Program-made: the position numbers and the translations under genes
The notes under the pieces: model-generated
What the model was told of the DNA's origin: nothing
Databases searched by the model: none
Seen by the model: only the letters and a program-made list of their open reading frames with translations
Shown here: in pieces, positions 1-13,312 of the stretch
Layout of the letters: the number at the start of each line of letters is the position of its first letter
Position numbering within the stretch: position 1 is the first letter of the stretch
Assembly: GCA_964016885.1 (NCBI GenBank)
Contig: OZ024740.1
Span: forward strand, 298,282,001-298,346,000
Length of the DNA stretch: 64,000 bases
From: Eledone cirrhosa
Lineage: Eukaryota
Direction of reading: 5' to 3'

Positions 1-26
1 ACATCACATTAAGATTGAAAGTAAAA
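1..26 (+). CDS. TMEM30A: CDC50/TMEM30A flippase beta-subunit, 3' end of an upstream exon (partial; ...HHIKIESK + first base of the N codon)
   Basis: Open frame 2..25 followed by GTATCTTTT (27..35). A phase-1 join to the exon at 1878 gives ...IKIESK-N-YPV, matching the CDC50 'NYPV' motif. The exon runs off the window start. Confidence 0.65.
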
Positions 27-322
27 GTATCTTTTAATTTTGTGATTAATGTGACTTCTCCCTCTTTCAATTGTTTCATACAAATCAACAAGGAAGCATG
101 TGTGTGGTAGAACAACCTATAGAAATAGCTGTCAAATCTCCTTCCAGTTATACATTGTCATTATAATATAGTTGTGGATATACTATGAAAAAAAAGACAG
201 GATGATCACAGGTGGAAAGCTTTTCGATCATAGGTCTTCTAGACCAGGACTGACTTCCACATCCACACAGACCTTGTTTAAACACACACATATTACACAT
301 TAGAAATAATAGCAAAATATCC

Positions 323-538
323 TTAACCCTTTAGCATTTATATTACTCTATATATACTATTATATTTTCATGGTAAAGGCTTTACCTCAAATAATTATCT
401 CACATAATGTCGAATCTATGAGATTTTGATATTGTTTATTTTTAGAACGATCCCTTAACGTCAGTATGAACAGCTGGTTTCATCCGGTTTGAACAGAAGT
501 CTGGCTGGATACGGCCAGTTTGAATGCTAAATGGTTAA
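323..538. mobile_element. piggyBac-type MITE (TTAA target; further copies 10906-11109 and 56615-56825)
   Basis: TTAA|CCCTTTAGCATT ... AATGCTAAA(T/G)GG|TTAA terminal inverted repeats. Three related copies in the window. Confidence 0.75.
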
Positions 539-1877
539 TCCTTAAACAATGAAAGATAGTGTATCTCAGACTACAAAACACATGGCTTTCTTTTTTCAAA
601 GTAGTGTGTTGTGATTTGAGCAAGATCTGGCTACTGTTACATGTAAGTGAAGGATGTGCATAGGAACTTTCTCTTAAATACTATGAAGTACTCCAGCATG
701 ACCATACACCACTAGCTAGAACTGATAAGATAGTAAAATTTTCAAAACTAAAACTTTTTTCCCCATTAAAATAATGTTTCTAGTTAAAAATAACTGGGTG
801 GGGGTGGGTTGGATTTTATAAGTTCTAGTTAAGTCTATTTTATTTAATTGTTTAATGAAGTAAATATTCTTTGTGGTAGAAAAACGTAGGTTGAAATGTT
901 TGTTTTCCAGCACCCCTACTAAAATAATAGCATATGCCACTTGTTTTGATTTAACATTGTATATTTGCTAATCATCATCATCACCATTTTAAGTCCGTTC
1001 TTCCACGCTAGCATGAGTTAGACGGGTTGTCCTGTTGTGGGCAGTGTCTGGTCGGCTGACCTTGTCTTGCTCATACGGGTACTGATTCTGGCTAGATGCC
1101 CTTCCTAACACCAACCTCATTTACAGTGAGTGCTGGGTGCTTTTTTCTGTAGCGCCTACATGACCACTTTACAGTGTGGCCTGTGTGCTTTTATCACCTC
1201 ATCCCAGGTCTTCTTGGGTCTCCCCACTCCGCGGCTTCCATCGACTTCTAATCTCTTCAATAATAACACACACACACATTGACTCAAACATACATATGAA
1301 ACTACATTAGCACATACACTAATACACACCAACTCACACATACCAAACAATATGGACATACTGACCATCTGACCCTGGCACACACAAACCTATATGAATG
1401 CACATACATGCGCACAAGATTGGTAAGCCTGAGCTGGGCAGTGGGGTGAGCTCCTGCTAACCTACAAAAGGGCTCAAATAGATTGTGTTTATCACCTCTG
1501 CTGGCCAAATTCTCTCCCATGTGTGAAAGCGAGAGCTCGACACTGTAACTGATGCAATATCCTAAAGTGCATATACTTGCAACTGGGGACTGCTTGTGAA
1601 AGCAATCTCCTGAAGAAGCTCCATTGAAATGAACTTACACTGTGAATTCCTTCAATGGAGCCAGCTCAACCCACGTCAGGTGAACGCCTCCCCAAGTGCA
1701 AGTAAGTGTATCACCAATCAGCTCAATCCTTATCCTGTCCTTCATAAGGTTCAGTTTCTTGAAGTCAGCTACACATATATATATCCACTGACATACAACA
1801 GCACACACACACACACAGAAAACTGAATTTGTTTTGTTCCTTGGTGTGTTGATTTTTCTTTAACCAGTGACCACCAG

Positions 1878-2043
1878 ATTATCCTGTGGCCAGTTTCAGT
1901 GGCACCAAACGTATTGTGTTGACCACAATGTCCTGGTTAGGAGGCAAGAATCCCTTCTTGGGTATTACCTACCTAGTCGTTGGTTGTATCTGTATTCTCC
2001 TGGGGGTTGTTCTTTTTATCATCCGCTTCAGATGTGGTAAGAG
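1878..2043 (+). CDS. TMEM30A: CDC50/TMEM30A penultimate coding exon (second TM helix)
   Basis: Translates (N)[54 protein letters not shown], carrying the diagnostic CDC50 [12 protein letters not shown] motif plus a TM helix. Bounded by CAG (1875-1877) and a GTAAGT donor at 2044. Confidence 0.95.
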
Positions 2044-2067
2044 GTAAGTGTGTTATTAGCATTAGTT

Positions 2068-2691
2068 TATGAAGTTTATCCCAAAAGTAAGGGTACTGAT
2101 GTTTTATTTAAATGTATGTTAAATATACATTAAATTACAAGTTATCTCCTTCAAAATACGACCCTTGGGAAGTTACACAGTGGTTCCAATGTTTTTTCCA
2201 TAGATTGTAGCAGTACCAGAAGTTATTTTCTGAGTGTCCTTAGCTCGATGGTTACAACTTTTTGTATGTTTTTCACAGTCTCAAAATGATGACCCTTCAA
2301 CTTCAATTTCAACTTAGGGGAGAGATAGAAATCACACAGAGCTAGGTCTGGGCTGTAGTGGGGATGTAGATGAGTGTGAATGTTTTTCTTTGCCAGAAAT
2401 TCTCTAATTGAAAGTGCTTTGTGAGCAAGTGTGTTATTGTGGTGCAATACCCTATCTCCTGCTTTGCTGGACCTCTTTTCGAAATCGTTCCAAGACATCT
2501 TTGTAGAAGGTGTGATTAACTGTTGGTCTTAGAAGTAAAAATCTTTTGTGAACAATACCATGGCTGATGAAAAAAATGATAATCATCGTTTTGACCTTGG
2601 ATCTGTTCATGCATGATTTCTTCGGACGAGGAGAACTTTTCATGTGCGACTCCTCACTTTGCAGTTTTGTTTCTGGATCATACTTGATCAC
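2068..2691 (-). mobile_element. Tc1/mariner transposase relic (3' half) inside the last TMEM30A intron
   Basis: Frameshifted YDPETK..S, KTM..FF..GIVH, HHNN..AH, HP.YSPDLA.CDF.L.PKLK motifs. Confidence 0.9.
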
Positions 2692-3490
2692 ATCTCCTTT
2701 ATTACTTTATCCAAGAAATTTTGCCCCATTTCAAGTCTTTCTAGCAAATATATATATATAACCTTGATGCACATAAACTAGTGATTTCCAGAGGGTTACT
2801 TATAAGAAGGGACTGTCTGTTTTTCTGTGTGCCCTCCTGTTTGGGATACATATATATACACAAGAAATCCCAAAAGCCACCAAGTGGTTAAAATATAGTA
2901 ACGTATCTTAAGTTAAGACTGATTATTTCAATGTGCAATTAACCCCTGCTTATATAGTTCTAAATCTAATTTTGTGCAGTAAGTTTACATTTTGAACCAT
3001 ATATTACATGAGATTACATGGTAAATAACAGTTAATAGCCATTATAAATGCTTCAAACTCAGAGACTATCAAACACTGGTCATGGCAGTTGCTTCTGTCA
3101 GCAGTTCTAAAACGTCCTTGACATAGACCCTGATTTAAGATGAATTTAATTAAATGAATGCTTTGTGGTATTCGTTTCAGCTCTCTGCTATTTGAGATCA
3201 AATTCCGCTTTGCCTTTCATCCTTTCAAGGTCAATAAAAGAGTACCAGTCAAGTACTCGGCTCGATTCTTCCTCTATATCTCTTTCTCACTTTCATTCTC
3301 TCTGTTTTAAAAATGCCCTTGAAATGCTATATGTCAATATGGCGTCCCTATGACACCATCGGGAGTTATGGGACCATACATATATATATACCATATATAA
3401 TTAAAAGTTATTGAAATTTAGAATTCCCTTTGTGACTTTTGGGTATACCCTGTATATATGGTGTCTCTAACTCTTCCCTCTTGTTTGCAG

Positions 3491-3515
3491 ATCTCAAGAA
3501 CTGAACTTAAGATGA
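3491..3515 (+). CDS. TMEM30A: CDC50/TMEM30A terminal coding exon (R-SQELNLR-stop)
   Basis: Strong pyrimidine tract CTCTTCCCTCTTGTTTGCAG ending at 3490. The phase-2 join with the previous exon gives AGA TCT CAA GAA CTG AAC TTA AGA TGA. Confidence 0.75.
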
Positions 3516-4154
3516 GTCACATATCAACCAGAAGAGCTGACCAGGCATGCTGTCCACATAGTCACTTGAGTGACAGACAGCAATTTATGAACTGTGCATC
3601 TCTTTTACTTTGTAAACCTTAATATTTGTTAACACTCATGTCTAAAGTATATTCATCTTTCTCTCTCTCTCTCTAATATATATTTTATATATATATAGAC
3701 GTTAAACGATGATGATACAATGTATGTATGTATGTATGTATATGTGTGTGTGTATAATGTATGTGTATATATATGTATATATATTAGAAATAGTCTGGGC
3801 CCGACGGCTGAACTCTTGCCGTTTGGACAGCTAATTCAGTTTTTGAAATGGCAAGAACTCACCCGTCAGGCCCTAACTCTTTCTAATATAGTCACACTCT
3901 ACTATCCTAAGTATCGAGTACTCTGCTGAAAAATATAATAATAATAATAATAATGAAATATTGTGTACAGTGCTCAGGTGCACTACAACTCATCAAAAAG
4001 TGTATGTATAGTACATAGGGTAATGTACAAACGTCAGGAAAATGAACAGTGCATGAGTCATAATATACACGTGTGCATGTGTATGGAAGGGGGTACATCA
4101 GGTGTAGTTTTGGCATATTTCGAGAAGCATGAGGGTTTTACTAGTTTAATCCTG

Positions 4155-4185
<31 letters not shown>

Positions 4186-4448
4186 TGAAAATAGAGAAAT
4201 TAATGTAAGCAAAATGCCAACAATAATTCAGACATAAGTGACTATACCATCAAGATAGAAACATTTTTAATGTAAGATGAGGGAAAAGTAATACAATCTT
4301 AATTTAAAACAAATCAAGAAGAAAAACATTATCCTCAGACTTTGTGTAAGTTGGGGAAAAAGCAGTACAATCTTAACTCAAAATAAAATCAAGAAGAAAT
4401 ACTTAACCTTCAATTTGAGGAAAACTACAAATGCACTATGTATGTATG

Positions 4449-4495
<47 letters not shown>

Positions 4496-5502
4496 TTGCA
4501 TATATGTATATATATATATGTGTGTGTGTGTGTGTATATATATTTAAAAAAGTGTCTGCAATGCTGATAACTTTAATAATAGTTGAATAAATTAAGCAAC
4601 ATTAACAGACATCTCTGTTCAGTCTTTTTTGTCTCCAGCAGTGCTTTCCTTGATTTACACAAATATTATTATAATTATCTGCATTGTGGCAAGAATGTTT
4701 TCAAATTTCAGGTTTCCCAATACTTCATAAATTAACCAATTATACATATATATATGCACACACACACATATATAGATATATATGCACACACATACGTGTT
4801 TGTGTGTAAATACTGAATATGTATATGGATGAAATATTTATTTATTCACATAGAGGTATGTAAGCAGATTTTTGTATATAAACATATAATTATATAATCT
4901 ATTTATCTATGTCTGTTTGCCTATCTACTAATAAAAATTCTGTATGTTTGGTATAGCAAGACCAAAAGAAGCATATATATTTACATATTTGCCATTGCAT
5001 ATTTAGGTGCGCGCACACACACACACACACACCTAGTTTCTTCTTGCTGGTCTCTTAAATCCTGCCATTAGTCTGATTTATTCCTGGGTTACTACACTTC
5101 CGTTTGCCATTAATGACAACACTGCAGAACCCATATCCATGTTTAGATTCTTTGAGTCCTTTTAGTTATCATAATTAAAACCTTTCATTACCATATTTTT
5201 AATAAAACAGACTGCCTATGATTTTTCAATAATTAAGAAGGATTTAGTAAAATAACTCATTATTTATCTTGTTTTTGGAGCATAACTAAACAAAAATTTT
5301 TGACATAAAATTATGATGGAAGTTTGTTGTTTTATTTAATAAATATAAACACTTTGAAATATACAGCTTTGTATCATAAAACCAGGGGTAGTTTAATATC
5401 ATGAGAGTTAACTAGTTTAAACATATTTTAGATTTAATACTTTATACATGTGTGAACTGACACTTAAACATGTGTGCACACACATTCATAGGTTATTGTA
5501 CA

Positions 5503-5743
5503 TACTCTTGGGTCCCAAATAATAGCTGTTGGGGTGCAATATGCGGGGGGGGGGGTTGTAATTGTATAGTTTATGTTCGTAAATATGGGATTTCTTGTAA
5601 TGTTTTTTTTTAAATGTAAAATAAAATTATTATTAGATTCTCCAGCTGCTGTATCAATCGCAACAAAATTTAATAAACAGGGGGGTTGGAAAAGATCTGA
5701 AAAATTAATGAGGGGTGGGTGGGTTATTTTAGACCTGAGAGTA
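5503..5743. mobile_element. TA-flanked MITE family (other copies 21390-21728 and 22860-23218; partial copies near 32767, 40950 and 42456)
   Basis: Terminal inverted repeats TACTCT(C/T)GGGTCCCAAATAA ... TTATTT(G/T)AGACC(C/T)GAGAGTA shared by several copies. Confidence 0.75.
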
Positions 5744-8700
5744 AGCACTGTACCCGTTAACACCATTTTTATTAACAGAAGTGTCCAGGGGAAAGTCTTG
5801 TACTCTCAGTCGCTTCATGCCGCAGAAAACGGGATAATCACTGGCCTGATGAACCTCCAGGCTCGAGACAGAAAAAGAAATACATAAACATATTGTGTGT
5901 GCCTTCATACATACCTCTATTATTAATCATGTTATATTAGTGCTATTGATAATTTTTGATAATGTACTTAAACATGTACATATAAATACATAAACAGAAA
6001 TGTGTGTCTACACCCATATATTTGCACACACACATTGGCACAAAGACAATGTGTTCTGGTATTTTGATGTAAATGTGGTTGGTGTTAGGAAGGGCATCCA
6101 GCTGTAGAAACCAAGCGAAAATCAGTTCTGTAGAGAAAGACATGGCTATCTGATCTGGCTTATCTCTCAACGGTAAAACTTGTCTAACCCTTGCTAGCAT
6201 GGAAAAATGGATAGTGATAATGATGATTAATATGGGTGTTGGTTTATTTTGACATGTAAATTTGATTGACTTGTAAATTCAGTTCTCAGTCAGCAGATTG
6301 TTTGTTGCCATTTTTGGACACAATACTTAATTCTATGTTGCCTTACAATGTGAAAACTTCTGCAGAACCTGTTACCTGTAATAATACATTGGTATTATAG
6401 CTATTTCTTTCTTATCAACTGAACACTAATGAAATCAGAATTAGTTAATCTGAAACAGCTTCTGCTCTTTAATCATGTCAGTGTTTTGTCTCTATACATA
6501 TATAAATTTATTCAATTACTAATATTTTCTGCTTAACTCTTTGCATCCTGTAAGATTTAGCAGAAAATATGTATCTAAAAATGGGTTTAATAGTTCAGAC
6601 ATTTATAGTGTCTTAACTAGTGGACAGATCATTGTGAAAATTTGTAGTATTAGAATAAAGACATCATTTTTTAATGTGATGCGGTCATAGTAGTATTATA
6701 CTTTTCAAGAATGTGGTTTCATGTTGTATAGGACAGAGTTAATACATCATGTCCCAAACACACAACACTCTGAAAATTATACATTACAAAGTATTTATTG
6801 GCTATAATTAATCGAAGAATGAAAAGTAAATTTATACATTTATGGGTTAAGAAAAATGTTCTGCAGAAGGAAAACAATTGTAATGTTCAAAAGGGCAAGG
6901 TCCTTCATCAGTGTCCACTTGTAAAGATACTATATATATATCTACGTTAACAAACCTGTTTTTAGACATTTTCTGCTAAATCATTACAGGATGTTATATG
7001 TAAATGGTTTAAAAACAAATCAAAACTTATTGTTTATTGATCATTTCATTGAAATTGATTGGTTTTGTTCAATGTTTGGTTATAAATAAAACAAGGTTTA
7101 GTTGTTTCTTGTTACCCTTATATTTATAACTGATACATGTATACATCATTGAGAAATATTTAAGTAGGGTGGACAATATTAAATCTTTGTCCATACCCAT
7201 TGATTCAACATAACTCCTATGTTTACACATCTTGTAAGTATTTATCTTTTGTTAAAGAGATATGGCTTTGCTTTGTTATTTTCTTCTTTTCTCTTCAAGT
7301 TTGTCAATCAGTTACACTTAATATAGATCTAACTCTGATTCCCACTGCAAACTAAGAAAAATTTGACAGTATTTTACCATGATTACACGATTTGCACATT
7401 CACACAGGTGTCTTGTATTCAGAAAAGGACAAAAAAATTCTACATCACCTTGATTTCTGAAGAATTGGGATAGGGTGTAATAGGTACTAAGAACTTTCTC
7501 TGACAAAGATTGTTAACCTGTGATAGATCCTAAACACACTGGATGTTTTGGCTATAGAATGTTGAAGAAACAACACTTACTTCACACAGCTTGCCACTGT
7601 GATATACAGGAACTATGAGAACTTAGTCTCCCATAATCTTTGGAAGAAAAGTAATGAAATACTTTAGGTATTTTATTCTCCTATAAAGCAACATTAGATC
7701 TGTGGATTAATGAAACAAAATCTTGGTGTGTGGCATAGTGGTAAGGGCGTTGGACTTACAATCATGTCATCTGTTCGATTCCTGGACTGGGTTGTGTTGT
7801 GTTCTTGAGCAAAACATTTAATTTCATATTGCTCCATTATACTCTGCTGAAAATGAGTACCAGCTGGAGCTTTAACCCTGCGATGGACTGGTGTCCTGTC
7901 CAGGGGAAGTCATGTATTGTTGCTTCATGCCACTAAACCAGGATAAGCACTAGTCTCACAAGCCTCCTTGCAGAAGACCTTGTCAAAATGCCTTGCAGTA
8001 TATAATTGTCACCTAGTAGGTTGATTCCTGCCTTTCACCCTTTTGAGGTTCAGTAAAACAAGTATGAATTCAGTACTTGAGTTGACATGATTGATTGTTT
8101 TCTAACCCTTGTGCCAATGTTAGGAAATCATTATTTATTTAAGAACTCACCCATTCTCCTACTTTTCAAGATTTCTTTAAAAAACATTCCACTGTTCTTT
8201 GGGTTGTCTGAACACCTGTAGTGTTTGAATTATGAAATATATAGCAGTGGTGATCTTATTAGTCAACCACAACACTTATTGGTGTTGGGTATAGTGTTGC
8301 AGACCCTGAAGATGGTCAACATTTCTTAGTTATTGATGACAGAAGTTTGGTCAACTTCTGACTTTCTTTTTCTTTTTTTTATTTCATCCATAACTTTTAT
8401 TGTATTTATTTCTTGAATATATAATTAAATATAATTGTTACTAAATTTTTGAAATTTTTCCTTCATTATTATTACTTTGAATTGTTAATATCGCTAGTGT
8501 CAGGCAATATGTTTTGGAGCATAGAGCTATGTCGCTTTACATTCTGAGTTCAAATCCCACCAAGGTTAGCTTTGTCTTTCATCCTTAAAAAGTCGATAAA
8601 ATAAAGTACCAGTAACGCACAGGGGTCGATTTTATCGACTTTCCCCGCCTCCCAAAATTGTTGGCCTTGTGCCTAATTCAAAAACCATTATTACTTAGCT

Positions 8701-9840
8701 GACAAGGTGGTAAGTTGGCAGTCATTAAAACATTGAATCAAAATGCTTTGCAGCATTTAGTTGTCTACGTTCCAAGTTCAGATTTGCCTTTCATCCTTCT
8801 TGAGTTGATAAAAGTCAAGTCAAGTTACCCCTCTCCCCTACAAAAATTGCTGGCGTTCTGCCTAAATTAGAAACCATTATTACTTACCTTGTACTCTAGT
8901 TATACCTCCTAAAGTAGTAACATTATAAAGAGGTCGGACGCCATGCTTTGACGTAGAGAGTTACGGCCCTTGCCATTCTGAGTTCAAATCCCGCCGAGGT
9001 TAACTTTGCCTTTCATCCTTACGGGGTCGATAAAATACAGTACCAGTAATTGCTGGCCTTGTGCCAAACGTAGAAACAATTATAAATCTAAAGACTATTA
9101 TCACCATTGGTTCATAAGTTCGAATTAAGTGGAGTAGCATTTTTGTTTTACAAACCTCTGGATCTCAACATTAGGACAATCTTCCTCAAGACAGACAGTA
9201 CTAGGTTATAATTTTGAACAGAGCTTATGTTGTGTTTTTAAGACACTTGATTCAATCCACTTAATTGTTGGTAGCAATTTGAGGCCCCCCATCAGTCACT
9301 AATGACCATGGTTTTGCACCTAGAAAGTTTCCTTCCGAGGCACAAACCCAGGCTAGGTTTAATTGTAGAAGACCAGCAGTCGCCCATGCATACCAGTCTC
9401 CCATCTCCACGATGTTATCCAAGGGAAAGGCAATGGCTGATACAGTCACAACTCATTTCTACAGCTGAGAGAACTGGAGTAATGAGAAATGAAGTGTCTT
9501 GCTGAAGGACATAATGCATCACTCGGTCTGAGATCAAACTCACAACCTCTCAATTGCAAGCCCAACGCTCTAACCACTAAGCCACGTGCCTTCACTATTG
9601 GTAGCAATAGGAACCAGATAATCAGACATAGTTATTTGATATCAAGTTCCAGCAACAGAACAGCAACAAGCTTATCTGAAATGGATACACATACACTCAA
9701 CCACATATTTCCACTGTCTTGTCACAGTTTAACAATGTTCCAAAACAGAAAGAGCAGATTTGAGATAGCTAAAAGCAAGAATTTGTTCAGAATCTTTTTA
9801 TACAAAACTAATAATTACACAAAACAAACAAAATAAATAA

Positions 9841-9846
9841 TTTATT
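9841..9846 (-). promoter_or_regulatory. Candidate TPRKB polyadenylation signal
   Basis: AATAAA on the minus strand about 590 nt after the stop, followed by a T/GT-rich tract (TTTGTTTGTTTTGTGT). Confidence 0.4.
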
Positions 9847-10433
9847 TGTTAATAAAATCCAGCAGTTATGGACACCTGAGTAATATTGTTGATGTATGTG
9901 TTTAACTGTTCTGCTACATCTGCATAAAAGATTAACTCTTGAAGTCCTTCAGCCAATGAGAGAGTCTCTACGTAGTCACTCGACCTGCTAAAATCCCACC
10001 CTGTTGGTTTTAAGGTAAGGTCATATTAGATAATGTAATCATACATACTCCTAACAAAAAAGGATGGATACTGCTGGAATGCCTTTGATCATAGGTCTGC
10101 CTTATCATCAAGGAGAGCAGACTGTGCTGGTATGGATATGTGATGCATATAAATGATGATAGTTGTGAGACGTATCAAAAATTCCTAGCAGAAGGAATTT
10201 GCAGTACAGGGAGACCAAGGAAGGGGTGAGAGCTGATCTTAAATTGCTAAAGCTCAGAAGAGATGAAGGGTTACCATAAGTGGAGGGATGCTATGCTGGA
10301 AAAGACCTGTCCAACCCATGCAAGCATGGAAAAGTGGATGTAAGACAGTGATGATGATTACCCTTAAAGTCTTTTCTTTAATACAAACAATGATAAAGCA
10401 GAAATTACAAGTCCATACTGTTCCTTCATAATA

Positions 10434-10526
10434 TCAGACTACAATGATTTCTTTAACAGCAATTCTAGAGACAACAGCATCGACAAGGTTACCAATGTTT
10501 AGTTCATCAGCCGTAACTTTGTACAT
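10434..10526 (-). CDS. TPRKB: TPRKB terminal coding exon
   Basis: MYKVTADELNIGNLVDAVVSRIAVKEIIVV-stop matches the CGI-121 C-terminus (YKL..EE.IG.L.DAII.R...K). TTTCAG acceptor, TGA at 10434-10436. Confidence 0.93.
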   Translation of the reverse strand: MYKVTADELNIGNLVDAVVSRIAVKEIIVV

Positions 10527-11224
10527 CTGAAAGTAAACAAAGTATAAATGAAGGTATGAACTATTTTTCACTTCAGAGTATTACATATAAGGTGGCAGAA
10601 TTGTTAAACCATCAGATAGAATACTTTGTGGTATTCATTCCAGCTTTCTTCTCTTTGAGATCAATTTTGCCTTTCATCTTTTCAAGGTCGATGAAAAAAG
10701 TACCAGTCAAGTACTGGGATCGATTTTTCCTCTATATCCCTTTCTCACTTTCTACCCTTCTTTGGAAGAAATCTGCTTTATTCAGACCTCCCTCCATTAT
10801 TTGTGACCTGAGAGTTTTGACTTTGTCTCTGACGACCCATCCAACTCCTGCTATCATGGGAAATCGATGTTAAATGATGATGATTAGTGAATATAATGTT
10901 GGTGTTTAACCCTTTAGCATTTACATTACTTTATATTTTAATGGTAAAGGCTTTATCTCACATAATATCAAATCTACAATATTTTGATATTATTTAATTT
11001 CAGAATGATACCTTAACACCAGTATGAGTGGCAGGTTACGGCCAGTTTGAACAGAAAGAGGTGAGAGAATTCTGGCTGGATATGGCCTGTTTCAATGCTA
11101 AAAAGTTAATCATTAGATTCAATCTCAATCTTCAGTGTCAATACATCCAAGTCAAAGAAAATAGCCCATCGCCTCATAATAAAAAAACTATAAACTTCCA
11201 TACTGAAGTCTATAATAGACTCAC

Positions 11225-11398
11225 CTTCTTTATTTCAGTTTCATCAGAAAACTGTGGGACCTGGGAAAGTGAAACTGAGTCACCTTGAATCTTTGTCTTT
11301 AGCTGTGTCAGAACAGTGTGATTGACATCATCGACAATAGCTGTAAACAATACTTTGTCTTTGTCACCAATACCAAACTTACGGAAAGAGTCAGAAAT
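11225..11398 (-). CDS. TPRKB: TPRKB coding exon 3
   Basis: ISDSFRKFGIGDKDKVLFTAIVDD...IQGDSVSLSQVPQFSDETEIKK matches the ISEALKKFGI motif. TTCCAG acceptor, GTGAGT donor, 174 nt. Confidence 0.95.
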
Positions 11399-12422
11399 CT
11401 GGAATAGAAACACAATTGTGTTAAGATTTAAACATATACAAACTCCTATGTTGGTGTATGTTATCACTAGACTAAACCTATTACAAATAACCTCAAATTA
11501 TATTTTATTGCCTTAAAAGAAGGAAGGACACATTGGATAATGTAATTGAATGTCTAAATAAAAGATTAAATGAACACAACTGGAACACTTGACCTGTTGG
11601 CTAAAAAAAAACATCTCTTAGCCAGATAACCATACCCATTACATGTCATTGCCCCCAAAATCTTCATGCAGTCACTCCCAATAAACTATATAAATAAACT
11701 GTTTGAATCCAACATATCTGAGAATTCTATCACATCACTCTACAGGATCCTTTTACATAGTCAATATACCTGCTAGAAATAGCTAAATCTCCCTCAACAC
11801 ACATCTGTCTTAAATCTAAAACATTGTGAAAATTAGTAGTAATGACTTCAATGTTTAGCATGGTGCATTAATAATGTTGTTTTGAACTTTTCAAGAATAT
11901 TTTACTGGTGTGATTTCATATGGTACAGGATATTGATAGTTAAATAAGGAAATGAGATATTGGATAATGGAGTCCTTGATTGACAGTCTTTGATCATAGG
12001 TTTGCTCAATCACAGTTGATCTTGTGTGAAACAACACCAGTGGATGAGGTGGATAAATTGATGATTAACTCCTCCACATCACACTAACATTTTCTCCTCA
12101 CTGTTGTGGATAATCCTGAGATGAATTCCACCATACAATGGGGTAGATGTGGGCTCTGTAAGCCATATTGAAGGCAACCCATTTAGGAGAGTAGACACTC
12201 CAAATAAAAACTAACATAGGGTAGAGAGGACTCTTGAGTTCAGTGAGATAACCTCTTAGTGCTGGTGGCATGAACAATGCACTCAGTCTACACTGTAGGG
12301 TGGTTGGTGATAAGGGCATCCAGCCAGAAAAACATTAGAACACCTTTCAGATACTATGATACATAAAGCTTGAATGGACTTCACTACATTCAAACTAAGA
12401 GATATTTTCAAACCAGACTTAC

Positions 12423-12545
12423 CCCTTTCAAGGGAGACAAACAATACAGTATCTCAGAATGGATGTTTTTGGTAATCATCTTGTTAGCACGTCTGTGATG
12501 AAGAGCCTTGTGTGCTGCTGTAAGGACTTGGAACAGGTCATGAAT
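12423..12545 (-). CDS. TPRKB: TPRKB coding exon 2
   Basis: IHDLFQVLTAAHKALHHRRANKMITKNIHSEILYCLSPLKG matches the CGI-121 core (FQILVAANKA...KMKTRTLSTEIIFNLSP). CTCAG acceptor, GTAAGT donor, 123 nt, phase 0/0. Confidence 0.95.
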
Positions 12546-13157
12546 CTGAGGAGGATGACACAATTTTCATTTGGATTAATTGAAGAATAACAGAAACAGA
12601 TGGACAACAAATCAATATTAAACATCTTTTCTTAGCTTTTAAATTTAATTGTTCTGTGCCACATAGCAATGGTTTTCAATAGGGTCTAGATCAATATCAG
12701 ATTTACAAATTGGCTAAATGAGCTGCAGCCTTATAGTCCAAGGGGCTCCATCCCATTTTAAAATTATATTAAATTATAACTATGAAATATATTTTAAATC
12801 AAAATTTACTATATTATAATTGTTATTAAATACATCTCTTTTTCTTTGGGTGTCACCTGTGTTTTAGAGGTTGACATGGAATGAGGCTGGAATTTCTTCA
12901 GCCGTTCCATGTGTAGCCTTACATTCATGTACTTTTAATTTTCATTGAGCAGATGCTGGGGCTCCCAAATGTTCTGACACAGAGCCCCTAGAATGGCGAG
13001 TTTAATAAGACAAAGAAAATCATTAATTTTTTTTTACATAAGACAATCTAAAATCTAAATTAATTAAAAATAAATTTACGTGTGTTATTATAGAGTGTAT
13101 GATGATGATCATCATCATCGGTTTAACGTCCATTTTCCACGTTAGCATGGGTTAGAC

Positions 13158-13312
13158 CAGAGTTTCCCCAAATCTTTTCAAACGCGGAACCCTTTTTGGT
13201 TCAAAAACTTTTGTGGGAACCCTAAACTCTAATACTGTTATATGGCCGTAATATAAATATACTCCTCTACCTTTTTTTCACAGAAACCCCAGACATTCCT
13301 TGAGAACCACTG
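13158..13312. mobile_element. hAT (Charlie-like) MITE in TPRKB intron 1
   Basis: CAGAGTTTCCCCAA ... TTGAGAACCACTG ends; near-perfect 8-bp TSD GGTTAGAC/TGTTAGAC. Confidence 0.65.

Noticed and set aside
8300-8355. Possible Penelope-type hammerhead ribozyme (GACC CTGAAGA TGG...GGTC)
   Set aside because: The GAAA core is absent (AGAAG) and stem II pairs poorly.
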